Positions 25,438 to 38,030 of a stretch of 64,000 bases of DNA are shown here, piece after piece; within the stretch, counting starts at the first letter, position 1, and each line of letters starts with the position of its first letter. Source of the stretch: Eledone cirrhosa (taxonomy: Eukaryota); NCBI GenBank assembly GCA_964016885.1, contig OZ024743.1, forward strand, positions 170,376,001 to 170,440,000, written 5' to 3'. The position numbers and the translations under genes are program-made. The notes beneath the pieces were generated by a model. That model made no database searches, was not told the origin of the DNA, and worked only from the letters and a program-made list of their open reading frames with translations.

Positions 25438-25870
25438 ATAAATGTTATGTAATGCGAATAATAAGATAAGATAGTAGCATTCAAAAATGTTTATATTAGT
25501 GTTTATGTAGAAATGTTTATGTTGGGTGTAAAGTAAATGTTCAATATTTAGGATGTATATATTTATAGTTGTATCGTATTTAAAATTTTTACTATAATGC
25601 ATGCCATTTAAATTTTTTTTTAACATTCTGTATGTAATAAGCTTGATATATTCATTTTCTGCCTTACGTTATGCATGCTTTTATTAATATTCTGTATATT
25701 TTTCCTTCATATACCCTTATTATACACCTTTCAATGCTATGATATCTTTTTACTGTAAAAATATCTGTTTGCCCCTGTATTACCTTTATGAATAATTTTC
25801 TATGTAATATGCTCACTCTTATCACTTTGGATGGTGCTTAATACTACCCTTTCATATTTATAATTATATA
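25438..25870 (-). repeat. AT-rich interspersed repeat, inverted copy of ~31880-32320
   Basis: Reverse-complement similarity; both copies give the near-identical MLKK..KNFKYDTTINIYILNIEHLLYT translation. Confidence 0.8.
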
Positions 25871-25914
25871 TAACTCATATATAAGTATAAATAATATTAT
25901 TAGCATTATATATG

Positions 25915-25946
<32 letters not shown>

Positions 25947-25948
25947 TA

Positions 25949-26930
25949 TAAATAAATTATACAATTATCAAAGTTGTGTTCAAATCATTTAATAGCTGAC
26001 AATCGTTTCTTCCAAACTCTCGTATGGAATCACCCGAGCATTATCAATGTTTGCACATATAATTAACATCCTATTCAACTGAACAATAATATAGATACAT
26101 ATAAATTGATGTTGTGAGCAACAGTTTCGTATTTACAGGGTGGAATGGATGTGACATATTTTACGAGAATTGTACAATAATTGTACAAACATTCAAGTTC
26201 AAATTAAAATTTAAATTAAATTAAAATCAAAAGCACGGAGTGGAATACATGCAACAGTTAAAACAAGGGAATAGTCCAAATATTAAAGAGGCATTGAGGA
26301 AGTAGTTTTGAGAAAGCAAGAGTGCAATAACAATTCACATGCAGGCGTGTAGATAGTGTAACTGTGTAAGTCATATACATCAGAAGGAGACAAGCAAAGC
26401 TATTATGCATATATAGATGAATAAATACTGCACGTTAAGCAAATATGTTAATGTAATAGAATCTATGGTGGATGTTGAATGTTGATAGTGTTCGAATTAA
26501 TGTGTGTTGAGAAACATACAGTTTTTGCAGACTTTTCCATGACATATGTTGAATTAAATTTTGATTTTAATTTAATTTGAATTTGAATTTGAACTTGAAT
26601 GTTTGTACAATTATTGTACAATTCTCGTAAAATATATATTCCACCCTGTAAATACGAAACTGTTGCTCACAACATCAATTTATATGTATCTATATTATTG
26701 TTCAGTTGAATAGGATGTTAATTATATGTGCAAACATTGATAATGCTCGGATGACTCCAAACGAGAGTTTGGAAGAAACGATTGTCAGCTATTAAATGAT
26801 TTGAACACAACTTTGATAATTGTATAATTTATTTATTTTCCTGCTCTGTAAAACAACTGATGTTCATACATTGTGCTATTTCTCTTACTGGTAATAAGGT
26901 AATTAAGAAATTACTGACCTTCCTGTTTAT
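25949..26930. mobile_element. Inverted-repeat hammerhead element
   Basis: Arms 25949-26232 and 26559-26834, tail to ~26930. Degenerate hammerhead gct CGGATGA ctccaaac-gaga-gtttggaa GAAAC gatt GTC agc at 26745-26789. Confidence 0.75.
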
Positions 26931-27120
26931 AGTTGTTTATACTATATACATAACTATAAATAGTATTTATAGTTATATATATATATATAACTATTATAGT
27001 TATATATATATATAACTATTATAGTTATATATATACATAACTATTTATAGTTATGTATATATATAAAATTGAAAAAGTGAAGAATAACATGGTCAACAGT
27101 ACAAAAAAGGGGATTTATTT

Positions 27121-27232
27121 ACAGTCTAACAATTGTTTCTCTGATTAAGTTGTCTAAAAATTGCTGAACACTATAAGCAGTGCCACTCAATTTCAAATAC
27201 GATGTTAGCTTAATCAGATCATCAGAAACTGT
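27121..27232 (-). ncRNA. Type-I hammerhead ribozyme in the PLE pseudo-LTR
   Basis: acagttt CTGATGA tctgattaag-[~60 nt]-cttaatcaga GAAAC aatt GTT agactgt. A mutated twin lies at 30840-30942 (+). Confidence 0.85.
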
Positions 27233-27995
27233 TACAAAAATATATATAACCAGTAAATTTACAAATTCAAATTACATCATCAATAATAATATTAATAATA
27301 AAGATAGAGAGAGAAAAAAGAAATAAAGGAAAGAAAGATAGAAAAAGAAAAAGAAAGAAGAAGATTACAGAGAAAACATAGAGAGAAGAGAATAAATGGA
27401 TAAATGATGATAGAAAGAGGAGAGACGTGCTTAAGGAGAGAAAGAACAATAGAAGGAAAATAATATCAACAATAAATGAATAAACGTTAATACATGAATA
27501 AATGTAAATAAAAATAAATAAATAAATTACATCTAATATGATAATAAATGGTATAAAATGTGAGAAATGAAAAATGAAAATATGAAAATAAATAAGTAAA
27601 AAAGTAAAAAATGAAGAAAATTTAAACATATTAAGATTATTGAAAGTGGTTTTTGAGAGTGGCTAAAATATAGAGATACGAAGGTATAAATATGATAATG
27701 TTAAATACATTTATGTGTGTATTGGTTATTTTAATAAATAAATAAATTAATTAGTTGTAAGTTATATTATATTATAAAATAAAATGTCAGAGATGAAATA
27801 AATTTAGGGAGAGAAATATAGAGATAAAAAGTGAAAGGTAGAGATTTATAAAATAAGAATGTAAATATAAGAGGTTTTGATGTTGTTCATTGATAGATGA
27901 TGACAATTATAATAACAATGATGATGATGATGATAATGTGATATTATAATAGATCTAAGTGGTACAATCTTGGTTATGGAATAGATAAGATGAAA

Positions 27996-29540
27996 TTAAG
28001 CTGGTCTAAAGTTCTGGAATTTGGTCGCCGTTTTATGTCGACAGAAAATAGTTCTTTCAATTTTACTGTTAAGCATTCTGTTGAAATTTAAAATTTGGAA
28101 AAGTTCCATATTACATAGACCACAGTGGGACATACCAACTTGATAGCTTCGTCCAGCTGATTTTATATTCCATGTTTGCATCCTTGAGTTGCCAGACTTT
28201 ATTGACGAGAGTCGTTGTATTTAAGAGCTTCCTGTTAATCATAGAGTGTCTATGGATGTACCACCTTTTCTTAAACACTCCAGCTGTGGAGCCAATGTAA
28301 TGCCATGCTAAGGTACCTGAATTTATAGTACATAGGTATACTATATTTGTCTCTAGGCATCTATTTTGTAAAGGACATTTGTCAGGTAGATGGCAATTAC
28401 ATTTAGATGCTTTCCTATGTGCCGGTTCTTCGATATGGTTTTGTAGGTTGCTATGTACGAGCTGAGAATTGGGTTTGTTGATGTATTGTGGTGATGTGTT
28501 CTGACGTGTGTTCGGTTGCGATGATGTTATATGCTTATGTTCTGTATTTGGTGTACTTATTTGCGGGCTACTTGAATTATAAATTCTTTTATAATTAATT
28601 TTGTGAATGTGCGATTCTATGTTATTGGCAGTGGAGTATGATAGTTTGATAGTTTTTCTATTAAAGATTTTATGATATTTATGAATTTTAGGAAAGTGTT
28701 TGTCAACCAGTTTGAAGAAAGTGTAAGGTAGTTTTGTTTTTATAGAGGAGTTAAACATTGGATTGAACCATAAGTAGTTTCTATCTCTACATCTTCTATA
28801 GTTATTAGTGGTCTTTATATTAGTATTCTGTTCAATTAATTTACGTGCTTGTTGCCAATTTCTATGTTTAGTCCTAGATTTGTTGCTTCTATAGGTATGG
28901 ATAGTATTATTAATATTACTATGGATAGTATTATTAATATTTTTTGTATCTGGTATGTATCTGAGTCGCTCTTTATGTCCTGCCTTAAGTAAAGCTATGT
29001 TGTAGTAGTTAGCGTGTTCGTTAAAAATATCTAGGTTAGAAGATAGGCGCGAGATAGTATTATTAATATTACTATGGATAGTATTATTAATATTTTTTGT
29101 ATCTGGTATGTATCTGAGTCGTTCTTTATGTCCTGCCTTAAGTAAAGCTATGTTGTAGTAGTTAGCGTGTTCGTTAAAAATATCTAGGTTAGAAGATAGG
29201 CGCGAGATTCTAAGGGATATACTATGTGCTATGGAGTTAATTATGGATCGAGGGTGAAAAGAGTTATAATCAATGTAAGCTTAATTTCCATTATTTGTAT
29301 GTACTGTGTTAAGGTTCAGCGATACATCTAAGAAGTTAGCTTTTTTAGAGTTGAGATCAAAAGTGATGTTAAGGCCTAAATTATTAGAGAATTTTCTAAT
29401 CTTTTTCCTTAATCTTTCTAAGTTTTGATTACTTAGGTTTTTAGCTAAAAGTAGTGTATCGTTTCTATAAATTCCTCCTTGTAGGTTATCAGATTCCCTA
29501 TGTAAGATATGTGCTATATAAATTCTGACAATGTCTGTAA
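27996..29540 (-). pseudogene. PLE reverse transcriptase C-half, CxCx5Cx5C linker and GIY-YIG endonuclease
   Basis: WFNP..KHFP..HKIFNRKTIKLSYS, KCNCHLPDKCPLQNRC, NIVY..YIGST..FKKRW, CGLC..CRH. Contains frameshifts and a ~153-bp tandem duplication at 28900-29207. Confidence 0.9.
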
Positions 29541-30139
29541 TTAAAACGACATAAAGCAGCGACCAAATTCCAGAACTTTAGACCAGCTTAATTTCATCTT
29601 ATCTATTCCGTAACCCAAATTGTACCACTTAGATCTATTATAATATCACATTATCATCATCATCATCATCATTGTTATTATAATTGTCATCATCTAACAA
29701 TGAACAACATCAAAACCTCTTATATTAGAATTCTTATTTTATATATCTCTATCTTTCACTCTTTATCTCTATATTTCTCTCCCTAAATTTATTTCATCTC
29801 TGACATTTTATTTTATAATATAATATAACTTACAACTAATTAATTAATTTATTTATTAAAATAACCAATACACACAAATATATTTAAAATTATCATATTT
29901 ATACCTTCTTATCTCTATATTTTAGCCACTCTCAAAAACCACTTTCAATAATCTTAATATGTTTAAATTTTCTTCATACATTTTTACTTTTTTACTTATT
30001 TATTTTCATATTTTCATTTTTCATTTCTCACATTTTATACCATTTTGTATCATTAGATGAAATTTATTTATTTATTTATTTATTTTTATTTACATTTATT
30101 CATGTATTATCGTTTATTCATTTATTGTTGATATCATTA

Positions 30140-30607
30140 AACGGAAAAAATGAAACGAAATTTCATTTCTCACTCTTAGTACGGCTGTTACTTAAATATA
30201 AGTATGTATACGTACATACATATCTGTATACAGACGTACAGTAGTATGTATATATATATATACATGCACACATATATATATGTACGTATGGATTCACCGA
30301 ACATTTATTATAATGCTCGGTGTGTTTGTAAACAAACATCCCAAATTAAGCCGTACAGTGTCTAGCAACCATCGTTGCTCATTTGTTCAACACTGACAAA
30401 GGAACTAGTTTCAAGCTTATTAGCTATCGTCAGCAACATATACCTTCCTGCCAGATGATTGAACCTCTGAAAGTATATACTTTCCTTATGCATATTAATG
30501 GCTGAGTTAATCGGCCGGGCGCACCGAAAACGATAAACGGAAAAAATGAAACGAAATTTCATTTCTCACTCTTAGTACGGCTTTTACTTAAATATAAGTA
30601 TGTATAC
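30140..30607. mobile_element. ~470-bp insertion with 76-bp terminal direct repeats and 13-bp TSD
   Basis: TSD gttgatatcatta at 30127 and 30608; repeats 30138-30213 and 30534-30609. Absent from the sister arm at ~27455-27480. Confidence 0.8.
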
Positions 30608-31209
30608 GTTGATATCATTATTTTCCCTCTATTGTTCTTTCTTTCCTACGTTATTTCTCCTTATGCATGCCTCTCCTCTTTCTATCATCGTTTATCCATA
30701 TATTCTCTTCTCTCTATATTTTCTCTGTATTCTTTTTCTTTCTTTTTCTTTTACTTTCTTTCCTTTCTTTCTTTTTTTCTCTCTATCTTTATTATTAATA
30801 TTGAATTTGTAAATTTGCCGGTTATATATATTTTTTGTAACAGTTTCTGATGAGCTAACATCATGTTTGAAATTGAGTAGCACTGCTTCTAGTGTTCAGC
30901 AATTTTTAGACGACTTAATCAGAGATACAATTGTTAGACTGTAAATAAATCCCCTTTTTTGTACTGTCGACCATGTTATTCTTCTCTTTTTCAATTTTAT
31001 TACTCCAAGATAAACTTACATAGGAATACAAGTGAAATCATAAACTCATCATCTACGTAAACCGCTTGTTGAGTCAAACAACGCCGTACGCTAAAACTAT
31101 CCATAATAAAAAGTATTCACAACCTCTTATTGGATTACCTATAACGATATTTTGTTATCCCTTATATATATATATATATGTATGTATATATGTATATATA
31201 TATATATAT

Positions 31210-31775
31210 ATCATCATCATCACCGTTTAACGTCTGTTCTTCCACGCTAGCATGGGTTACACGGGTTGTCCTGTTGTGGGCAGTGTCCGGTTGGCTGACC
31301 TAGTCTTGCTCATACGGGAACTGATTCTGGCTTGATTTCTGCAGCTGGATGCCCTTCCTAACACCAACCTCATTTACAGTGAGTGCTGGGTGCTATTTTC
31401 CGTGGCGCCTACACGTCCACTTTACTGTGTGGGCTGGGTGCTTTTTTGCCGTGGCACCTCCATGACCACTTTGCAGCGGGAGAGTGTGGGGGCATATTGT
31501 CTATATGCTTCAGCTTCGGCTTGTACCCATGGGGGGTCGGGCCTTCTGTATTACTGCGTGATGCTAGAGGTCACGGTTGTGTGTCATCGCCTTTGAGAGG
31601 TGTAATTGGGTAAGGTCGGCTTTTATCACCACTCCGCGGTTTCCAAAGACTTTTAGTGCTCTGCACCTTTTTATGCAGCTGTCATCTTTCAAACGCATCA
31701 CATGTCCATACCAACGCAACCGCCTCTCCTGCACACAGCATTTGATTCATCTTATGCTCAGTCTCTCTCTCAATC
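31210..31775 (-). mobile_element. RTE LINE 3' fragment with long 3' UTR
   Basis: CCVQERRLRWYGHVMR on the minus strand; tail matches 12480-12670. Confidence 0.85.
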
Positions 31776-31840
31776 ATATATATGTATTCATATATATATG
31801 TATACATACATATGTATACATATATATATGTATACATATA

Positions 31841-31879
<39 letters not shown>

Positions 31880-31884
<5 letters not shown>

Positions 31885-32655
31885 TAAATATGAAAGTGTA
31901 GTATTAAGCACTATCCAAAGTGATAAGAGTGAGCATATTACATAGAAAGTTATTCATAAAGGTAATACAGGTGCAAAAAGATATCAAGCAAATACATATT
32001 ACAGTAAAAAGATATCATAGCATTGAAAGGTGTTATAATAAGCGTATACAAAGCAAAAATATACAGAATATTAATAAAAGCCTGCGTAATGTAAGGCAGA
32101 AAATGAATATATCAAGCTTTTTACATACAGAATGTTAAAAAAAATTTTTAATGACATGCATTATGGTAAAAATTTCAAATACGATACAACTATAAATATA
32201 TACATCCTAAATATTGAACATTTACTTTACACTGAACATAACCATTTCTACATTAACTTTAATATAAACAATTTTGAATGCTACTATCTTATCTTATTAT
32301 TCGCATTACATAACATTTATTTTTCATATCATTACAAAATTTTTTTAACATTCTGTCTGTTAAAATATGATAATATAATTGTTTCTATTTTTGGCACAAG
32401 GCCAGCAAATATTCCAATGTATTACTGGTACTTTATTTTATCGACCCCGTAAGGATGAAAGGCAAAGTTTCATTTTACAAAATTTTCAATATGGTGCCAC
32501 TGTTAATAATATTGTATCTTAATGAATGTTCTAAAGACTAGGAATGCAATTACTTGTTTAAACATTGTGTAAGCTCTGATTCCAGACAATTATCTGGAAG
32601 AAACAATCGTCAGCAATTAAATGTATTAAGCAAATATGTGATTGTTTTATATTTT
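31880..32655 (+). mobile_element. AT-rich PLE-like 3' region ending in a degenerate hammerhead, interrupted by a SINE fragment (32375-32469)
   Basis: gct CTGAT tccaga-caatta-tctgga a GAAAC aatc GTC agc at 32573-32614, same family as 26745. Confidence 0.6.
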
Positions 32656-32910
32656 GTATATATATGTATAAATACATATAATATATATATATATATATGT
32701 GTGTGTATACATATATATATGTGTGCGTAAATACATATATATATTTATGTGTGTGTATACATATATATATATGTGTGTATACATATATATATATATATAT
32801 ATGTCTGTGTGTATATATATATGTGTCTGTGTGTATACATATATATATATATATATATAGAATAAGGAAAAGCGAAGTAGTTTCAGATGTTCAAGTCTTT
32901 TAATAATAAT

Positions 32911-32984
32911 GCTGTTATATATATTTCAATGACGACACTGGCCACACTGTTCTGTGTGCCAGTGTCGCGACATCGTCAGACAGC
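32911..32984 (-). ncRNA. Type-I hammerhead ribozyme
   Basis: gctgt CTGACGA..cgacactggc/gccagtgtcg..GAAAT atat ATA acagc. Confidence 0.8.
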
Positions 32985-33342
32985 TTGTTACATAATAAGG
33001 TTATGTTTGGGGAGAGGTAGTATTGGGACCTGTAAATACTAACACTTTTCCATCCCCACTGGCTTTCGGCTGACTGCCACAGACGGGATGGGTAGCAGTA
33101 AACTATGGTACAGGTCTGAATGGGTCATTGTTTGGCTGAGAGGGGGAACTGACCAAGCGAATTTCGTTGAAATCTGTGGTAGCTAATGGTCAACTTCCTT
33201 CGGACATGCGCCTGCGCAGACTGGTGGGGGTGAATTGGTACTCACAGGGGAACGGATGAAGAACCCAAAAGCACATACTTCGTCCATTCCCATGTCGATT
33301 CAATTTGGATTGCCTCGAAAACATAACCTTCTTATGTAACAA

Positions 33343-33416
33343 GCTGTCTGATGATGTCGCGACACTGGCACATAGAACAGTGTGGCCAGTGTCGTCATTG
33401 AAATATATATCACAGC
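33343..33416 (+). ncRNA. Type-I hammerhead ribozyme
   Basis: gctgt CTGATGA..cgacactggc/gccagtgtcg..GAAAT atat ATC acagc. Confidence 0.85.
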
Positions 33417-33596
33417 ATTATTATTAAAAGACTTGAACATCTGAAACTACTTCGCTTTTCCTTATTCGATATTTACTCCTTCACTCCTATGTGGAAAAAG
33501 TACGTTGAGTGCTTGAATTGAATTGCATCAATATTTACCCTAAGTATATATATATATATATGTGTGTGTGTACATATATATATATATATGTATACA

Positions 33597-35770
33597 TATC
33601 ATCATCATCATTATTTTGCGTCTGCTTTTCCATGATTGCAGTTGCTGCCCATGTCTCACTACCATGCAGCATCGCACATCTCACACAAGCATCATATAAC
33701 CATCCTTTCATATGCAAGGAGAAACCTTTCTTTGTCAACAGAGGAAGCAGCTTCCTAAACCTCTTCCAATCCGTCCTTATTCTAGATACTATGGCCTCGG
33801 AACACCCGCCTCCCATGCTAATCTGATCACCTAGGTACCGAAAGCTATCAACCACTTCTATAGAACCCAGCTGCATTGGAAAAAATGTGTCTATCACTGC
33901 GATTAATACTGCCCAACTTCCCTGTACATCTACTGCATACGTAATTTTCCCTACCTGTTAGTTTGCCTGCTATCCCACTACATCTCTTGTGTACCCAAGA
34001 TCCGCATTGCGTACATTTTATGGAATTTATGCCAGTTCCTTTCTTACATATCGAACATGGCTATTTCCCTGATAGAATCAGAGTTTTGTCCTCTCTTCTA
34101 CTTATCAACATTTTTGTTTTAGCTATGTTCACTCTCAGGCCTCTTGATTCCAACTGCTGTTTCCATAGCCAGAATTTATTCTCTAGCTCCTCTACTGATT
34201 CTGCTATAAGAACCAGATCATCAGCATAGAGAAGTTCCCATGGACAGCCAGTCTTAAACTTCTCTGTTATGGCTTGGAGGACTATAATGAACAAGAGCGT
34301 GCTGATGAGGACCGAACCCTGATGTACACCAACTTGTATCTGGAATTCCTCACTAAACTCCATTCCTATTCTCACTTTACTGACAGCACCCCTGTACATT
34401 GCACTGTCCTCACAAGCCATTCCTCTACACCTAGTTTCCTTAGGGTGCACCAAACAACAGATCGGGGTACCATATCAAAGGCCTTCTCTAGGTCAACAAA
34501 GGCTAAGTATAGTGGCTAAGAACCTCTTGTAGTTGCCTCATTAAGAAGAGGGCATCTGTTGTATTTTTCCCAGGCACAAAACCAAACTGCATCTCATCTA
34601 ATTTGACCCTTTCTCTTATCAGTTCCACTAATATTCTCTTGCCACTTTCATAACTTGATCCATCAGCTTTATGCTCCTATAATTTCTCCTCTTCAGAGCA
34701 TCCCCTTTACCTTTGTAGCAATTTAAGAGAATACTGCTGCACCAGTCTTTGGGTATGACACCACCATATATAGCTTGATTAATGATGCATACAACTAGTT
34801 TAGTGCCTACTTCTGATGCCTTCAGCATCTCAGCAACTATCCCCGATGGTCCAGCAGCCTTACCGTTCTTCATTTCCTTAATTGCTTCTTGTACCCTATA
34901 TTCGTCAGTCAATAGCTGGTCCCTCTGTCAGGTCTACTGGGGGTAATTTCTCTCTGTCACATTCGTTCTCTACATTTATCAGTCTGTCATAATGACATTT
35001 CCAGGCCTCCTTTCTTTGATCATTTGTGACACTAAGTACACCTGTATCATTCCGGACACACTTATCTCCAACAATATCCTGATTTGCACTGACACACTGC
35101 CTTGCAATGCGGAACACCGCACGTCTCGGATCTTCCCGTACACCTGAGGTCTAGCTTCTCTCTTAGCGGCTGTGTAGCCTTCTCTACTCCCACCATTTTT
35201 CCAAGCTTTCCATGCCAGTCTTTTATCTCTAATGGCCCTATCTACTGTGCTGTTCCACCACCAGGTCACTCTCTGTCTGGTTGAAGCTCTGCCCCAACCA
35301 CAAGTTTCTTCAGTTGCCTTCAGTAAGTTGTCACGCAAGAAATTCCAGTTATCATCTATGTCATACAACTCTAAATCGTCTTCTTTTTCATCATACACAT
35401 CTTGAAGGGCTTTGCTAAATTTATTTTTAATGAAAGGTCTTTTAGCTTCCAGACCTTTCTTTTCCACACCTTCCTGTATGTCTCATTCTTTCTCTTGCTT
35501 ACTGAGATGTCACTAACGACAAACCTATGCTGTGGGTACATTCTTCCCCAAGGTATGCCTTAGTATTTGACACCATCTGTCTGTCTCGCTGTCTAACTAG
35601 CAGGAAGTCAATCTGTCTTATGTGCTCGCCTGATTTGTAGGTTATTAATTAGGTGGTTGGTAGGCTTCTGGAAGTTAGTGTTGCAAATGGTTAGTGCATT
35701 TGCATCACAAAATTCAAGAAGCCTCACTCCTTCTTCATTTCTTGAGCTGTAACCGTGCTCACGATGTACC
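33597..35770 (-). mobile_element. RTE LINE, degenerate and internally deleted
   Basis: APE end, TWWWNSTVD, GKAAGPSG, NYRSIKL, ELLYADDL and MLHGSETW, plus the tail. Confidence 0.95.
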
Positions 35771-35896
35771 ACCAACCACATTTATGGTGTGAACTGGGAA
35801 CTGTTTACCGTGTTACCTACACGGCCACATTACAGCGTGGTCTGTGTGTCTTTTTGTCGTGACCTCAATCTCGATCTCATTATCTCATTTATTTGA

Positions 35897-35958
<62 letters not shown>

Positions 35959-35959
35959 T

Positions 35960-37392
35960 CTATGTTTGGGCTTCACTAAGGCATCCTGATTTGAGCGATC
36001 TTTATACTGTTATTGTTTGAAACAAGTATTCAAGCTTGTTCACAGAAAACAAATCCCTCACAGAGACATATGCTCACCTGTTTCAAGCAAATGATGAAGC
36101 ATCCAAAGAGCTTCTTCCACAAAAAAAGAACGACAAAAAGAAACAAATGTCAGCTGATCCACGAGAGAGAAAATCTGAAAGGATTCTAGGGCATAGGCGG
36201 AGAATCCAACAGAGCGCAATCGCCAGAAACTTCAACGATGCAAGAGTACACTGCAGAAGGCATATGACATTATTTCCGAGGAAGGAAGTAGAATCTGCAG
36301 ATGCGAAATCGAAGCATGAAGAAAGCTGGAAGCTAATAAACAAGATGACTGGGAGGAAATCTGTCAAACAAGCCATGATAAAAGCAAACTCTAAGGAAGA
36401 TTGCATCAAGAAGTGGTACTCACACTTCAAAGAATTACTTAGAAAAGAGCGTAAGGTTGTGGGTGAGATCAGCGAAATTGCACCAGTGATGAAAAATCTG
36501 GGAATCTCAGACACACTCTTCACACCTGCTGAATACTCAATAGCCAAGAAGTTTCTGATGGAGAGGAAAGCCTTTGGATCTGATGGCATCGGCCCAGAAG
36601 TTTTCAAGCATTGCAACCTGGATGACATCATGCTCGGCTATGTCAACAAGCTGATGGTCGGCGAGAAGCCTAACCAATGATCAGAAAGCGAGGGGAATAG
36701 CTTTGTCCTCCATTGCAGCAAAATTGGCAAATGGAATGCTCCTCAACAGAATTCGACCAAAAATCAATCTATGACTACGTCCGAACCAGAATGGCTTCCG
36801 ACCAGGAAGGTCGACTATTGCACATATTCTTGCATTGAGGAGATTAATCGAGGGTTTCCAATCACACAACCTAAAGGCTGTCTTGACATTTCTAGATTTT
36901 CAAAATGCATTCGACAGCATCCACCGAGGGCGAATGCTCCAGATCCTGAGAGCATAAGATGTGCCTGAAAAGATAGTCAAGCTATAGGTCTGATGTACGA
37001 GAGTACTCAAGCTTGCACCAGATGGAAACACTGATTACTTTGAAATTCTCACAGGTGTTCTGCAAGGCGACACACTTGCACCCTTTCTGTTTGCAGTTGT
37101 CCTTGATTATGCAATGAGACAAGCCATTCGTGGGAAGGAAGAAGAGTTGAGTTTCAAATTGAATCAAAGGAGAAACTGTCGTCACCATCCAAAAGTTGTC
37201 ACTGACACAGACTTCGGCGATGAAATTGCCTTGATCACAGAGGAAATCAGCAAAGCAAAAGCACTGCTCACACGTGTCAAGGTTGAATCAGGTAAAATAG
37301 GATTGCACCTCAATGCAAAGAAGACAGAAATCATGCACTACAATCAGGTTGATCCAGCTCCAGTTCTTGCTAAGGACGGTACAACAATCATA
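35960..37392 (+). mobile_element. Degenerate LINE RT of a second RTE-group lineage (RTE-X/Proto2-like; clade uncertain)
   Basis: RGIALSSIAAK, RPNQNGFRPGRST, AFDSIHRG, GVLQGDTLAPFLF, DFGDEIAL and LHLNAKKTE motifs. Confidence 0.85.
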
Positions 37393-37394
37393 CT

Positions 37395-37612
37395 TTGCAT
37401 TTTTTGTTGATGGATGGCGTGGCAGCCGTTTAACTCTTCAAAAAGCGATTTTTTCCACCTCGCACATATTCCATACGATTTCACTCAACATTTCGCTATT
37501 TGCTACACCTTACGACCGATTTTCAAGAAACTCGCAATCACTAACATCATCACCTTTTCATCAAATGAGATATTATTTTACCTACCCAGGCAACACTGGA
37601 TACTGCTGCTAG
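37395..37612 (+). mobile_element. Helitron 3'-end fragment
   Basis: cccaggcaacactgga then ctgctgCTAG|T, running into (TA)n. Confidence 0.55.
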
Positions 37613-37643
<31 letters not shown>

Positions 37644-37645
37644 TT

Positions 37646-37823
37646 AATTGTTTCTACTTTTTGGCACCAAGCCAGCAATTATCCCAGTGCATTACTGGTA
37701 CTTTTATTTTATCGACCCTGTAAGGATGAAAGGCAAAGTTAACCTTGGCGAGATTTCAACTCAAACCGTAAAGGAACGTAACTCTATGTTGGTGCCTGAC
37801 CCTCTACCGATACTGCCAATCCA
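37646..37823 (-). mobile_element. tRNA-derived SINE (abundant family)
   Basis: Matches the copies at 43612, 51598 and 62891. Confidence 0.85.
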
Positions 37824-37827
37824 ATAT

Positions 37828-38030
37828 ATACGGGGTGCATTTGAGGAGAGATTTATATTTATAGAAAAACAGATATATAATAACAAATAATAACTTAATT
37901 ATTGAAAAAATGTTATAAGCATAAAAATAAATCATTTTTTAAATAATTTTATTCAGTAAAGCCACCTTCAACTTCAATAACTGCTTCTATGCAAGATCAA
38001 AATCATCTACATGCTCGAAGTTTATAGCTA
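37828..38030 (-). mobile_element. Tc1/mariner transposase C-terminal remnant
   Basis: Minus strand reads RAC..F.SCIEAVIEVEGGFTE*; TA-CGGGGTG-like terminus at 37828. Confidence 0.6.

Larger units (their letters stand above)
27065..31162 (-). mobile_element. 5'-truncated Penelope-like element (Naiad-like) with inverted pseudo-LTR
   Basis: RT remnant (GGIYRND..KANFLDVSLNL) at ~29300-29540 and GIY-YIG at 27996-28790. Segment 27065-28040 is repeated inverted at 29547-31000, followed by a tail to 31162. Confidence 0.9.
32860..33543. mobile_element. Inverted-repeat element with two intact hammerheads
   Basis: Arms 32860-33008 and 33319-33467, ~310-bp spacer, tail 33468-33543, (TA)n flanks. Confidence 0.85.

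Noticed and set aside
27996-28758. Selenocysteine recoding as reported for some Naiad elements
   Set aside because: All conserved Cys positions read as Cys codons; no in-frame TGA at those sites.
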